A stretch of DNA of 63,626 nucleotides, the filler included, from Chiloscyllium plagiosum (taxonomy: Eukaryota): the NCBI RefSeq assembly GCF_004010195.1. It is 4 parts of one record of this genome, joined end to end, with 100 filler letters (N's around TTAATTAATTAA, not from the genome) between each part and the next. Parts side by side here need not be neighbours in the genome. Positions count along the whole stretch, not along the records: positions 25,162 to 53,914 come from NC_057710.1; 3 more parts are not named here. One strand, written 5' to 3'. Position numbers and translations under genes: made by a program. Each line of letters opens with the position of its first letter. Position 1 is the stretch's first letter. Of this stretch, positions 37,701-51,480 are shown piece after piece. The notes under the pieces are model-generated. The model was not told the DNA's origin, did no database searches, and saw nothing but the letters and a program-made list of their open reading frames with translations.

Positions 37701-38329
37701 ACAAGTATTCCCCATGAGTGGCCTCTATGAGTCCTCATGGCACATCTCTGATTCACTTACAATGCACTTACTGTTTTTCAATGCTGCACCTCAGTCTGCA
37801 CTGGCAATGATCATTGTAGTGCTGCAACAAGGTCATTGTGCATTCAGGCACATGCACACAGTTCACAGGCTGGAGCAGGCTGCATCTCGAGGCTCTTCCC
37901 TCATTGTCATAGCACTCACTGACTGAGCCCACCTTATTGTTCACAGCATCTCTGCCTTACATTGTCTTATATTTTTGCACATTACCCTCTCAGCCAGACC
38001 AGACTAATACTACTGCTGTCTTGCTGTGCCATGTCGCACAGACACAAAGCCTAGAAGCTCATCACAGTTCTCAGATGGCCTCACTTCAATTGGACTGCTT
38101 TTGCTCAGGCTTGTCCCGACACAATAAGTCAAGGACAGCAGATCAGGACCTGTTGAAGATGGTCAGGGTCAGGATCGGGATCAGGATCCTCTCTTCATAA
38201 GGAGTGAGGAGCTGAAATAATGGCAGCGGACCTCCCAAATTGACTCTTCCTGCCCTATTGGGGGACGTTTTCCTGTTAGAATGAAAGAGAGGCAGATAGA
38301 TAAATGAGCCATGGAGGGTGAATGGTAAA

Positions 38330-38650
38330 CTTGTAGAGATTTATAAATCATGGAGAATAGATGAGGTGAAAAGCCAAGGTATTTTTCCAAGGGTAGAGAG
38401 ATCCAGAACTGGAGGGCATAGGTTTAAGTTGAGATGGGAAAGATTTTAAAAGGGATCTGAGCTGCAAAGTTTTTGCATAGATGGTGGTGCATGTATGGAA
38501 TGAGCTGCCACAGGAAGTGGTAAAAGTGGGTACAATTATAACATTTAAAAGCCATTTTGATAGGTATATGAATAGGAAAGGTTTAAAGGGATAAGGGCCA
38601 CATCCAGGCAAATGGGATTAGATTAGCTTGGGAAACTTGGTCAGCATGTG
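38330..38650 (+). mobile_element. Old CR1 3' end
   Basis: YKIME.IDEV..RGHRFKLR..VWNELP-like remnants. Confidence 0.7.
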
Positions 38651-40304
38651 TCCTGGAGGTCTTGCCAGATAGGGTTGAGTTCCCGCTTTCTCCATGACCA
38701 GCAGTGGAGGCTGCAACAGGAGACCTCATAAGCCTGAACAGAGTTGTCATCTGGGTTTGAGCATCCTCTGGTGTTTCACCAATGACCATCACCGTAGGAA
38801 AATATAAATGACCTTGTCGGCTCCAGCAATATTTGTGCCACCACTTCTGTCCGATACCTCTCACTCACTCTCTACAAGGTTAGCCTTCAGCCTCCGATGG
38901 TCCTGGGAAAAAAGTCTCAGCCTATCCAACTCTTCCTTATATCTCAAAACTTTCAATCCTGGCAACATCCTTGTAAACTTTTCCTGTACCCTTTCCAATT
39001 TAAAAACGTTCTTCCTATAGCAGGGCAACCAGAATTCTAAAAGGGGAATAAGAACATAATTGATTTTATATATCTAGTTCTGCAAATTTTTTGACAAAAG
39101 TAGCCTGGTAAAACTTTCACAATTGGAAGAGAGCTTTTGAAGTAGATAACTCACTTAGTTAGAGCATGCACAAGATAGTTAGTTAATGGAGCAACATCCG
39201 CATGCTGAAGTGGTGACTCACATATTTTGAGTCAATTTTTGTTCTTTGATAATTCAGAGAACTAGACTGATACAAAAGTCTGCATGTTTGTTAATGATAC
39301 TAAACTGGTATAGGTCACAAACAGTACAGAATAAGCGTGCCAGTGCCAAAGGATCTGAAAGATTGGAAGAGCAAGTCAAAAGAACAGGAAAATTGCAAAG
39401 TCATGAAGCTGTGGAAAATAAGCAAACAGTTGTAATATCCAATATACACAGAGCTTACACCCTGCAGCCTCAGTGTGGGAATCAAAACCTCTCAACATTA
39501 TTAGTACTGTATCCAGAAGTGGTAAACAAAAGAAAACTGGTGTTTACAATATAACCCTGGGAATAGTGGGGGCTTGATTTCCATCATGCTGCACCAGTGA
39601 ATCAAGATACATCCACTTGGAGTACGTTTTGCACAACAGGTCCAATATTTAATCTGCCATTTTTTTTTCCAGATTTGGTTCACTTTCATCAAATTAGCTA
39701 TTTTCCAGAAACAAAATCTGGATTAGACTAGTTTCAGTGTGAACATCATTAAGCTCTCCCTCTTTCCTTAGTGTTCTCTCCTTCCAGCTTGCTTGCTTTT
39801 GTTGTTTCATTAGCCAAAATAATATTCAGCACTGTCGCTTATTGAACTGCATGTGGTGTACCATTTAAAGAAAGAATCATAGACACCCCTAAAAGTTCTG
39901 TCTTATCCCAATCTATTTAGGACGTTGAAAATAATCTATTTTCATTACTCTGTTCTTTCTGCAGAGGTCAGTGAGCTATCTACTGATTCCTGTCAGAAAA
40001 GGTATCAGAATCCAAAATCACAGAACCTGAAACATTTACATTTATTTTCAGAGCAGAATGTACAAAAACATTTCAAATATTATCTTTTGCATGTAACATG
40101 ATTTATCCGTTTGCTAGAAATCCTCATTAATGGCCTGTGGCAGGATCAGCAGAGTGAGCAAGGGACAGATTCTCCACCTTGAAGAAGAGGTCACACAAGA
40201 CAGCAACATCCACTCAAGCAGTTTGTTAATAAACTATAACATCTCAAAGTGCTTTCAAAAAGCATTACCAAACTGGCACAGAGTTACACACAGAGATAAC
40301 GTAA

Positions 40305-40690
40305 TGGCACACTGGCTCAATGGTTAGCACTGCAACCTCATAGGGCCATGGACCTGGGCTCATCCACCCTCGGGCAACTATCTGTGTAGAGTTTGCACGT
40401 TCTCCCGGTGTCTGTGTGGCTTTCCTTGGGTGCTCCAGTTTCCTCCCACAGTCCAAAGATATTCTGGCTAGGTGGACTAGACATGCAAGATTGCCAATAG
40501 TATCCAGGCATGTGCAGGCTAGGTGGATTAGCCATGGGAAATTGCCAATAGTATCTAGGCATGTGCGGGCTAGGTGGATTATCGATGGTAAATGCTCGCT
40601 TACATTTGGTCTGGGTGGGATGCTTTTCGGTAGGTTGGTGTGAACTCGGTGGGCCGAATGGCCTGCTTCCACAGTGGAATGATTCTATCA
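40305..40690 (+). mobile_element. HE1-type V-SINE with internal 51-bp tandem duplication
   Basis: Head, V-domain and tail present; GGCTAGGTGG recurs at 40466, 40517 and 40568. Confidence 0.85.
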
Positions 40691-41084
40691 AAAGAACAGG
40701 TGAACAAAGGTTTTGAAAATCTTTAAATATTTTTGGAAATTGTAAAGATTAGGCTTTCTGAGGAAGCCAAGGCTGGGCAACGCACATTGAGGTTGTGCAG
40801 TGGACCAGAATTGGAAGTAAGGAGAGTTCTCAGAAATTTATAACGTAGTGGCTCCATATGTGGGGCGAGGAGTGACATCTTGTTTTATAATGTTCCTACT
40901 TGAGGCATTTGGGTGAACAGGGATGGGTGTAAATTGCAGGCAGCAAAGTCTTAGACGAAGTAACTTTCCAGAATGTGGAGAACAGGACCCCAAACAGAAG
41001 CCGATTGTAAGGCAAAGCAAAATACTGCAGATGTTGGAGAAATAAGAAACAGAGTAGGAATAAATTAATCATTTCAGAGTGAGC

Positions 41085-41555
41085 AAGATACAACGATTGA
41101 AGTGCCACAGGAATCAGTGCTTGGACCTATGCTATTTACAATTTATATTAACGACTTGAAGTACAGACCTAAATTTATGGTTGCTGTAGTTGCAGTTGAC
41201 AAAGATACTTTGAAAAGTAGTTGTGAAGAGGACATAGGGAGAGTGTAAAGGGTTAGGTAAATGGGGAAAATATTGGCAAATGAGGTATAATGTTGGAAAA
41301 CATGAACTTGTCCACTTTGACAGAAGAATGAAAAGCAGCATGTCATTAAATTGAGGTGAGACTGCAGAATCAGGATGCAGTGAGGAATCTGTGTGTTCTG
41401 ATGTATGACTCACAAAATGTTCGCAATACAACAAGCAATGATAAAGGCAAATCAAAGGTTGTTACTTAATGCAAGGGGAACAGAACATAAAAATCGGGCT
41501 GTTTTGCTATAGTTCTCCAGGATGTTGGCAAAATCACATTGGCAGTATTGTGTTC
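41085..41555 (+). mobile_element. Old CR1 RT fragment
   Basis: VPQESVLGPMLFTIYINDL motif. Confidence 0.75.
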
Positions 41556-44500
41556 TTCATAGGATAGTCTTGCCATTCCAGGGACTGGTCTGGTGGACAT
41601 TCTTTGCTCTCCCACTATGGCAATTATATCCTCTCTGAGGTGAGGAGACTAAACCCGCACACAGATTTCCAGAAGCAATCTAAACAAGCTCTTATATAGT
41701 TGAAGAAAAATTCAGTACTCCGATACTTAACATCCATTTGCAGTAAAGGAGACCATTCCATTAGCCTTCCTAATAACATACTGCAGCTGCATGTTAGACT
41801 TCAGTGACTTATTGACAAGAACACCCAAGTCCCTATGTACATCTACACTTTCCAACCTACTACCATTCAGGAAATTCTCCACATCTGTTACTCCGAGCAA
41901 AGTGGAGAACCTCGCATTTTCCATGTTATAATCCATCTTCCCATTAACTAAACCTCTTGAAACTTTTTTTTACATCGTCTTCACTACACACATTCCTGCT
42001 TACCACCAAAGGATTTCAAAGATCGTCTCCTTCCGCAGTGCCTGAAAACATAACGAGAGTTGATCTTCTTGATTCTGTGTCAAGTACCTGTTGTCTTCTT
42101 TGCATTATTTGGAAAATATGACCTCTATGGAAAAATTAGGAAAGTCAGACGGTTTGGAACCTAGGATAGCACATTCAAGCTTTGCTTCCTCTATTTGCAG
42201 GATTCACATGCCATGATGCCAGATAATCCCCAAACTTAGCTCCTAAAGTTGCTGCAATAACTCAGCACAGGCTACTGAGGAAACAGATAGGCAAACACCA
42301 TCATAGATTATAGTGGAAATGAAGGGCAGACACACTTCCAGCAATAAACCTGCCACAGAGGAATTTCCAAGATAAAGGAAATATGTCTTAGAATTACTGA
42401 TAATATGTTGCTGTGACCAGCACAGTAAATTACAGCTTGTAATATTCTGGCAGGCACATTATGTTATGTGTAAGGAATCTGAAGAGAATGACAACTGAAC
42501 ATTTCTGTTCACTAAATGGGGGGAGAGGGGGCTGTGAGCAGGTGAGGGGGTCTTGAGCGGGGGGAGAGGAATGAAGGAAGTGGAGGCATGTCCTGCAATA
42601 ATTTTGAAATTATCATTAATGATATAAAGGCAAAAAGTTTATGATTTTTTGGAACTCTCTTCCAGTTTAAACTGTTGGAAGCAGACTCCTTGAACATTTT
42701 TGATATAAAGGCAAAACGTTTAATGCTTTTTAAAAATTTGTTCATGGGTTACAGGCATCATTGGTATAGCCAGTATTTATTGATTACTACTAATTGCCCT
42801 CGAGGAGATGGTGGTGGTGAGCTGCCTTCTTGAACTGTTGTAGTCCATGTGGTGTAGGTACTCCCATAGTACTGATAGGAAGACAGTACCAGAATATTGA
42901 GACAGCAGTTCCAGGATTGCAGCAATAATAGAGAAATGGTAATATAGTTCCAGGTCAGGAAACACGTAGGATTCTTAAGGGGTTTGACAATGAATACTGA
43001 GAGGATGTTTCCCCTCATGGGAGAGTTGAGGATCAAAGGGCACAGTTTTTGAATAAAGGGATGCCAATTTATGACTGAGATGAGGCAGAATTTCTTCTTT
43101 CAGAGGGTTGAGAGTTTTTGGAACTCTTTGCCACAGAAACTGTGTGGGAAACATCTTTTTGTATATTGAACGCTGGGATAGATAGATTCTTTATCAGTCG
43201 GAGAATCAAATGTTATGGGGAAAGGGCAGAAAAGCGAAGGTGAGGCATCAGATCAGCCATTATCCTATTGATTACAGATCAGACCAGAGGGACCAAATGG
43301 CCTACTCTTGTTCCTATTTCTAATGGTCTTACAGTCAAGATGGTGCATGGCTTGGAGTTAAACTCACGATATTCCCATGAACCTTTTCCCTTCGGCCTGC
43401 TAGGAGCTACAGATCATTGGTGCTGGCCAGAGGAGACTTTGTAAGTTGTCCATGTGACCGACCTTCAGTGGTGGAGGGAGTGAACATTAATGATGTTCAT
43501 CACATGCTGCTTTCACTGTGTGGAATGTAATTAGTCTCATACTGTAGTTTTATTACAAAATCATAATACAGATTATGATATGATCAAATCGAAAGGATAA
43601 AATTACACCGTACTGAATTATTAAAGAGCAAACAGGCTTAACACTGTCGAGGTACTTAGGTGAACAAATCCAAATGGTTGTGTTACCACTTGTTAGAGGG
43701 CAACTAATGACCATTCAAGGGTCTCATCCGCTGGTACAAACCCAACTGCAAAGATGTATGTGTAGACACATCGTCTTGTTATCTTCTGGGGTTTGGGGGA
43801 GGCAAGTGATAGCAAGGCAACAGTGATGTGGGAGGGGCTCCCTCAGTCATATGCACTCAATACCTGAGCAAGGAACTTGGCACGAGGAAGCAGGATGCTG
43901 CTGAGAGTAATCGCTTTGCCTTTGCTACTGATCCCCACTATGCCCCCCCTTCACCCCACCCCATGAAACCCCTCCCGACATGTTGTCACTTTTTGAGCTT
44001 CAGTCACCAGTGTCTATAGTTCTGGAAGCAACTGAGTTACGAGCTGCCAATACACTGGATCTGCTGGATTTCCAGCCCCGGGATTAACTGAAAGGCCAGC
44101 CACCGGCCTCGCCACCATCTGATAGGCTCGTGGCTATGTGAACCCTCCCAAGAAGAGTCATGGCAGGTGTCTCAGCAGCTCTCCAGCCAGCAGCTTATTC
44201 TCTCAATAACACTCTGTCCTAAAGCAGCAGCTACATACAAACATCATCGTGACAATGTAAACTTCCCAATTTTAGTAGCAGCAATAATTCTTTCTGGAAT
44301 AAACTGTTCCTTGAGAGGAAAGGAGCAAGGATAAACTGGTGTAAAGAAATTAAAAGCAACATGTGAATTAACCATCCCTGGGAAAATGCAACATAAACAG
44401 GAAGGAGATAACAACTGTTTGATAATCTGCTGCCTCATGATAAATGGACAATTAAGTTTGCTTGCAGAAGTAATGTCCAGAAGTAAAGGGGTTAATTGCA

Positions 44501-46944
44501 GGAAAAGCTGTGTTTTAAACAGACAACTAACCCGAATGCAACAAGGAACAGGGGAACTACTGATAAGAAGGCAAGCTATAGCCTTGAGGTCTTCAGAACT
44601 GTAATCAATGTTGGGGATGATAGAATCTATTGAATCATCAATAATATCACACCACAAATTTGAAAGAGGGAAAATGGTATGAGAATCTAACACCAGAACA
44701 ATTCAGGAATAAAACATCAAAGAATAGCACTGCACAATGTTTGAACTCTGGACACTTCCAGAGCCAGGCCCTGTGGGTGAAATCATGGCCAAGTTCTATC
44801 ATTAATTGAGTAATTGCCAAGCTGGGTTATGAGGCTTAATTTGCTGACTTGAGGGCTCTTATTTTGGTTGCTACATGTAATAAAGTTTAAATCGTTGGTT
44901 CAGAACTTGATTGTCTGTGAGATTTCTTAATAAGCAGCTGAATTAACGGTAACTTGTGGTGAGTTTACCCTTAACATAATGGTCTCCAAACACTCACCCA
45001 ACATAATAGCATGTTGCTATTCATCATTTCTAGAATCCTGGAATTCTTTACTAACAACATTGAGAGAGATCTTTCACTACCATTGACTGGTATGTTACAA
45101 GGGAGGCCCAGCACAAAATTTTAATAGCAAAAATATTTCCCTTATTTAAAAATTGGTCTGGATTTTCCACTAGTCAGCCAGTTGTTATTTCAGAATATTT
45201 GAGGGTTACACATCAGGACCCCATGGAATTCCCATTGTAATAGTCTCTGAAGGATTTGCCTGGGAAATGCAAAATTCCATGACATCTGGAACCCTCTGAA
45301 AAATCACCCTCTGAATTGAAGACTTTCATTGGGTCCAAATAAATTAATTAACTCATGACTCAGGAAAAGTTAGATTAAATATGTAATTTAATATCTGAGA
45401 AACTATTCAACTGACCCTGTATTACCCTCACACACATCCAACCACATCTACCCCCAAATCCCTATAAACAAGATAGAGTCTGACTTTCCATAACCCAACT
45501 CTCAGGAATCAACATTCTTGCTAAGTTTTGGCATTGCCTGCCCCTGCCCTGCACTGCCCTACCTTGGACCCACTGCCACACCTTCCCCCACTTTGTGCCC
45601 ATCTCCCGCAGTTCCTTGCCTCTAACTCACTATCACTCCTTCTCCTGTTTGAGGCTTCCATCTTCTACCACAGGACCTAACATATGTCACTCAACCGATC
45701 CACTTAAACACTGCAACATTTACCTCGACTCCTTGCCAGCTGGCACCCCGACCACTTGGCATCCTGTTGCCTGGCACAACTACCCACTTGGCACACTACC
45801 ATCCAATCACCCTTACCTCATACTTATCATTTGACAGCAGCTGTGAAAGTGGCTGTCTGTGATTCTGGACCTTTAAATGTCAGGAGAGAACAGCTGACTG
45901 CTATGACAAGGGAGTGTGGTTTGCCTTTCCTGCCAGTTCTGAACTAAGAAAGAACTCTCAGAAGGGAAGTCCAGTCTGCATTTCTGAAGAACCCCTGATC
46001 AGAATCTCCTGTTAGAAATGCAGAGCTCTCTCATTGGATGTAAATTGCCTTATTGATAATTACAGAAGCACCTATCACAGCCAGTATCACAGGTACTTAC
46101 AATTAACTTATGAACATAACAATCATCACTCTTTCTTTTTCTGGATTATCCTTCCACAAGAAAGTGATTTATCTTTATCCACAGCTATTTTACTTCACGA
46201 ACAGTAGAGGAAGAATTAGACAGAAGCATTGATGGGACTTTATATGGGATTATTAAATGGATCAGGTTATACTATCTATGTTCTAGTAAACGTATGTAGA
46301 AACTCTTATAGAAAATATGGAATAATGAAACATCATCTGATCTGTTTTTTTAGAAGGGGCTGCCTTTCACAACAATCCACATCTCAGGGCTAACAAAAGA
46401 AAATCTAATTGGCCATATTATTTAACTCACATCAATTGATTCAAACCGATTATGAATGATAATTTTATCTGTAACAGGAAGTGACACTGTATTCACTGCT
46501 ACAGACAACTGATTTCATAGACTTTGATGTGCAAACATATATCAAATGTGCATTAATGCTGAGTGGAAATGGCCACTCATCCACCATTTTGTGATGCTCA
46601 ACATGGCAACTCAAACACTACCTCCGGAACCTACAAGAAATAGTGCATTGTTACAAATAGCAGTGGACAAACAGGAAGTCAAACACAGGCTGTAGTATTG
46701 CAAGCAGGATTTGTTTGAAATACTGTCTGTAAAGGGAAGCAATTTCAGGGTATTAGCTAAGCATAATTCTGAAGACATATCCATTACAATTTGCAAATAT
46801 TACCTAAGTTAATATATTGTTTATGTCGTGTCTGAACAGAGCCAGGATTGGATTTCTTGCAGTGGGAAACAAAAGTGCTAGATTTGTATTTCTCCAATTC
46901 TGTCTCACTACTACCCACATGACTCCAGTCCCCAATACCAGTCC

Positions 46945-48135
46945 AGGGAAGATTGAAAGATTATTTCCAGTGCCCCTATAATTTCCACTGTCACTTCTTT
47001 CAATGCCTTTGTATGTAATTCATTCTGCCCTGGCCTTACCAACTTTAAGTACAGACAGTCAATCCAATATCTCCTCATTAATTTTCAAACTCTTGTAGCC
47101 ACAGAACTTTCTTGTCTGCCACCATGGCCGAGGTAAATACAAAAATATTAATTTAACACCTCAGTCATGCTCCCTGCCTCAATGTGTAAATCCTCTTTTT
47201 TGTCCCAATTCAGTCATCCTCCCCATTTTACACCCTTTTAATGCTTAGGTCCATATGGAAGACTCTGGGACTTCTCTTATGTTAGATGCCACTTTTTAAA
47301 AATCACAATCCGTCTTTCCTACTGTTTACTTTGTCACATCTTTTGAAAGCTTCTGTTCGGAGCTGAATTACATTTCTACCTGTCAAAACACATCTTTTCT
47401 TCTTTATATTAATCTCCATCTCCTTGTTCATCCATAAAGCTACTGTTTTGTTTGACCACCTTTCCCTGTTGAGGAAACACCTCGGGTGTTTGAGGTTCAT
47501 TGTTGCCTCTTCCACCAACCTTTGGTTCAGCATATCCAGCCCAGGTTTGTTCTTGACCAATTGAAGTCAGCCCTCCCTAAGTTAATCATTCGTATTCTGA
47601 TTTGTCTTTTGTCCATTTCCAACATCACCCCGAACCTTATAATAGTGATCCCTATCACCTCACTGACAGGACCCTTTGGAGCACTGATATACAGGGGGGT
47701 TATGGGGTGCAAGTCCATAGCTCCCTGAAAGGAGCAGCACAAGAGATCTGTTGGTAAAGATTCGGGACAGAGAGAATAAAAGTTGGCAAGTCATGCTGCA
47801 GTTGCATAACTCTTTAGTTAGGCCACATTTGGAGTATGTTGTATATGGTCGTCACATTATAAGAAGGATGGGGGGGCTGTGGAAAGGGTGCAAAAGAATG
47901 TTGCTTGAATTGGAGTGTATAGCTATAAAACAAGGTTGGACAAACTTAGATTGCTTTTGCTAAAGCCTCAGAGGCTGAGCGGTGACATGATAGAAGCATA
48001 TAAAGTTATGAGAGGCCTGGATAGAGTGGATAGTCGGTGTCTTTTACCCAGAATGGAAATGTCAAATACTAGGGGGCATAGGATTAAGGTTAATGGTGGA
48101 GGGGGACATTAAAAAGAGATGTGTAAGGCAAACTT
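46945..48135. mobile_element. Old CR1 ORF2 fragments in opposite orientations
   Basis: Minus-strand tether region (NLGRADF), then plus-strand LVRPHLEY / MIEAYKVMRGLDRV. Confidence 0.65.
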
Positions 48136-48149
48136 TTTGATATCGTTGA

Positions 48150-48660
48150 GACTAGCACCAGAGAGGCAACATGTTATCCTGGAATCACATCTACAGTCAT
48201 AGGAATACTGGTTTGTCCTCTAATTACTGAATCCCTGTCACTCCTGCTTGTTCACTTATCGTCCTGCACAACTGAGCCACCATTATGCTATGTGCTTGTA
48301 TTTCCTACGCTCCTCTGAGGAACAATCGAGTTCATCAGTATCTGGAACAGAAAAGCAATTAATAAGGGGAGGCACTACTTGCCTGACTCTTTTCAACTGC
48401 CTGATGACCAGCCACTCTGTATTTGTCTGTGAGTTCATACTCTGTGATGTGATCACCTCTCCAAATGTGCTGTCCACAGGACTCTTATGCCATGTAGATA
48501 CACCATCATGGCTCCAGCTGCCACTCAGATTCTGAAAGCCACAGTCAGGCTGGTGAGACTGGCGAAAGGGCGCTTGTCTGGGTTGTCTGAAGTCTGCATA
48601 ACTCCCCACATGCCACCGGATGCACATTCTGCTTGGCTGGGCTGTCCTCCCACAACTTAA
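48150..48660 (-). mobile_element. Old CR1 ORF1 remnant
   Basis: Degenerate counterpart of 24196-24720 (W..VR..K...VV..L.N.F..LDT). Confidence 0.5.
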
Positions 48661-49018
48661 TCTTATTTTTGTGCTATTTACTATAAATACATTATTCTTG
48701 TATTGGGTCATTTTAAAAACTTTACATTTTTAAAAAGTTCCTGACTGCCAGACAGTTCTGAAAAATCACGTACTCATAAAGGAACACCACCCCTATCCCC
48801 TCACTGAACTCTCAAGTCAACAAGTTTAACATCCTGTAATAAACCAAATTTCTAGCACTTCTTTCCCTGATACACCACACTCACACTTGGAATCAGATTC
48901 ACCAGGGTACTCTGTTCTCACTTTGACAAACTCTATCCATGCAGCTTAAAATATCCTCTCTGATAGAAAGAGATTCTGAAGACTTACCAGCTGTCTCAGC
49001 TTACTGCCACAGTGATTA

Positions 49019-49156
49019 TTTTTTTATTAAACCTATTTTTCCTAATCAACTTGTTCAGTGATGATATTACACACCTTGGAAACAGGTGGGACATAAACCT
49101 GGGTCACTTGATCCAGGGAGGCTAGTCTCGACCTCTGCACCACAAGAGCCCCGAGC
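49019..49156 (-). mobile_element. Short tRNA-derived SINE with A-rich tail and 15-bp TSD
   Basis: TSD CTGCCACAGTGATTA at 49004-49018 and 49157-49171; TGGTGCAGAGG A-box-like head; AATAAAAAAA tail. Confidence 0.85.
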
Positions 49157-49902
49157 CTGCCACAGTGATTAACACCACTGAACAAAAAGGTTTCAGCTGA
49201 TTGCCAAATAACTGCAGTACCATGCAGGCAATTTGACTTTCTTGAAGGTTAGTGAGTTCTAGATTCTAGGTCAGAGCCTGATTCTTGATCTAAAATTCAA
49301 ATTGAGAAGCAGTTAAATGTTAAAATTTCACTTTGAATCAAATTCTCGCTTGGTTTGTCTTTTTCTGGCATCATATATAAAAACTCCTTATAATGTCAAA
49401 GATGCTATATAAATCAAACACTGACGTATTGCAGTAATCAACTGCATTGCCTGCTCCATCTGTTCATTTCAATTTTTCTAAAAATATATCCCTCAAACTT
49501 CTCAGACCCTATATTTTCTGAACTGTACAAATCTATTGCTTTACTTTTTTAACCCATATGCCAGGTCCATTTCATCCTTGATTGTAAACTTAAAGTTAAG
49601 ATGTCTTATAATAAACAGTCAATATTGGAGATTACAACAAAGCTACAATGCAATTTCCTTAATTCTTACAACTGTACTTCAAACTTTAATAAATTACACA
49701 AAGCACTCCCTTGGTACAGGCATGAACATCTGGCATAATATTCCTTCGGTCTACAGAGTGCTCATTATTTATATCTATCAGTGCAATTATATTCCAGTGG
49801 TTAAATTATAAACAGTGTTTCATTGGTCATGTAGAAATTAACAGTGTATCAATCCAGTAAAAACAGTGAAACAAGCAAATGACAAATACTGGTCTGGCTC
49901 AC

Positions 49903-49973
49903 CTTATATACTTCAAAATAGAGCTCCAGTTCAGCAATATGTTCATTTTCAAGTATGACTGTTTGTTTCCACT
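49903..49973 (-). CDS. Candidate exon of unidentified gene (WKQTVILENEHIAELELYFEVYK or SGNKQSYLKMNILLNWSSILKYI)
   Basis: Acceptor cttgtcatatcccag|; strong donor AAG|gtgagc; two frames open. Confidence 0.35.
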
Positions 49974-49994
49974 CTGGGATATGACAAGCATTCA

Positions 49995-51480
49995 TAAAAA
50001 GCTGGAGAGGGTTCAGAAGAGATTTACCAGGATATTGCTGGGTATGAAAGATTTGAGTTATAAATAATGGCTGGGATTTCTTTCACTGCAGTGTAGGAGT
50101 TGAGAACTGACCTTATAGAGGTTTATAAAATCATGAGGAGTATAGATAGAGTTAATGATAGGTGTCTAACATGGGGGAGTTCAAGACTGGGGGTATATTT
50201 TTAAAATGAGGGGAGAATTATTTAAGAAAGACATGTGGGGCAAAATTTTACACAGAGGGTGGTTTGCGTGTGTAATGAACTTTCTGAGGAAGTGGTAGAT
50301 GTGGGCACAGATACAATGTTTGAAAGACACTTAGATAGGTACATGAATAGGAAAGATTTGGAGGGATATAAGCCAGAAACAGGCAGGTAAGGACTAGTTT
50401 AGTTTGGGATTATGTTCAGCATGAAGTCGTTGGACCTAAGAACCTGCTTCCATGCTGTATGATTCTATGACCATAAGATATGGGAGCAAGGCCCCTTGGG
50501 TCTGCTCAGCCATTCGCTCATGGCTGATATGTTTCCCAAACCCATTGTCCTGCTTTTCCCCCATAACACTTCAAGAGCTTATCTATCTCTGTCTTGAAGA
50601 CACTCAATGACTTGGTCTCCACTGCCTTCTACAGCCATGAATTCCACAATTCGCTGGCTGGAGAAATTCCTCCTGATCCCAGTTCTAAAAGGTCGTTATT
50701 TTACTCTAAGACTGTGCCCTCAGGTCCTAGTTGCTCCTACTAGCAAAATATCTTCTCCATATCCACTCTACCAGGCCTCCCAGTATTCTCTAAGTCTCAA
50801 AAAGATACTCCCTTATCCTTCTAATTCATATGCAGTTCTATATATTCCACAATCTCATTTTTAACAATGGAATCAAAATGTTACCAATGACCATGTTCAG
50901 GCTAAAATTTCTGGTCTTCTGCCTTCCTCCATTTTGAACAGGGATATTACATTAGCCATTTTCCAATCCTCTGAATCCTCCCTAACTCCGGTGATTCCTG
51001 AAAAATTACCACCAATGCCCCTACAATGCCTGGGTGGACAGTATTCCATCAGCTCCGGGTAATTCATTCATTGTCAGACCTTTCGGTTTCCCCAGCACCT
51101 TCTCCTTGGTGATGGACATTGCACTCAGCTCTCTTGAAGTTCTGCTATGCTACTGGAGTCTTCCACTGTGAAAAGTGATGCAAAGTACTTATTCAGTTCC
51201 TCCGCCACTTCTTTGCTCTCTATTCTACTTCTCCAGTGGTCCAACGTCCACTCTTACCTCTCTCTTACTTTTCATATACCCCAACAATATTCTTTTTTAT
51301 ATATTACAAGCTAACTTTCCCTTATATTCCATCTTCTCCTCCCTTATTGCTTTTTCAGTTGTCCCATTTTGGTTTTTAAAGGATCCACAGTGCTCTGGCC
51401 ATCCACTCAGCTTCACCACATTTTCCTTTTGGTTTTGATGCTGTCCCTAATTTGCTTTATCAGCCATGCTTGTCTCAACG
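49995..51480. mobile_element. Two CR1 3'/RT fragments, tail to tail
   Basis: Plus strand KLERVQKRFTRIL..IEVYKIMR ending GATTCTATGA; minus-strand CR1 tail and RT remnants from 50475. Confidence 0.7.

Noticed and set aside
39965..40001. Possible plus-strand micro-exon after a strong polypyrimidine tract
   Set aside because: Weak donor (gtatca) and no supporting plus-strand exons
44244..44693. 149-aa minus-strand ORF in unique sequence
   Set aside because: No recognisable domain, non-ATG start and no clear splice sites; length is compatible with chance
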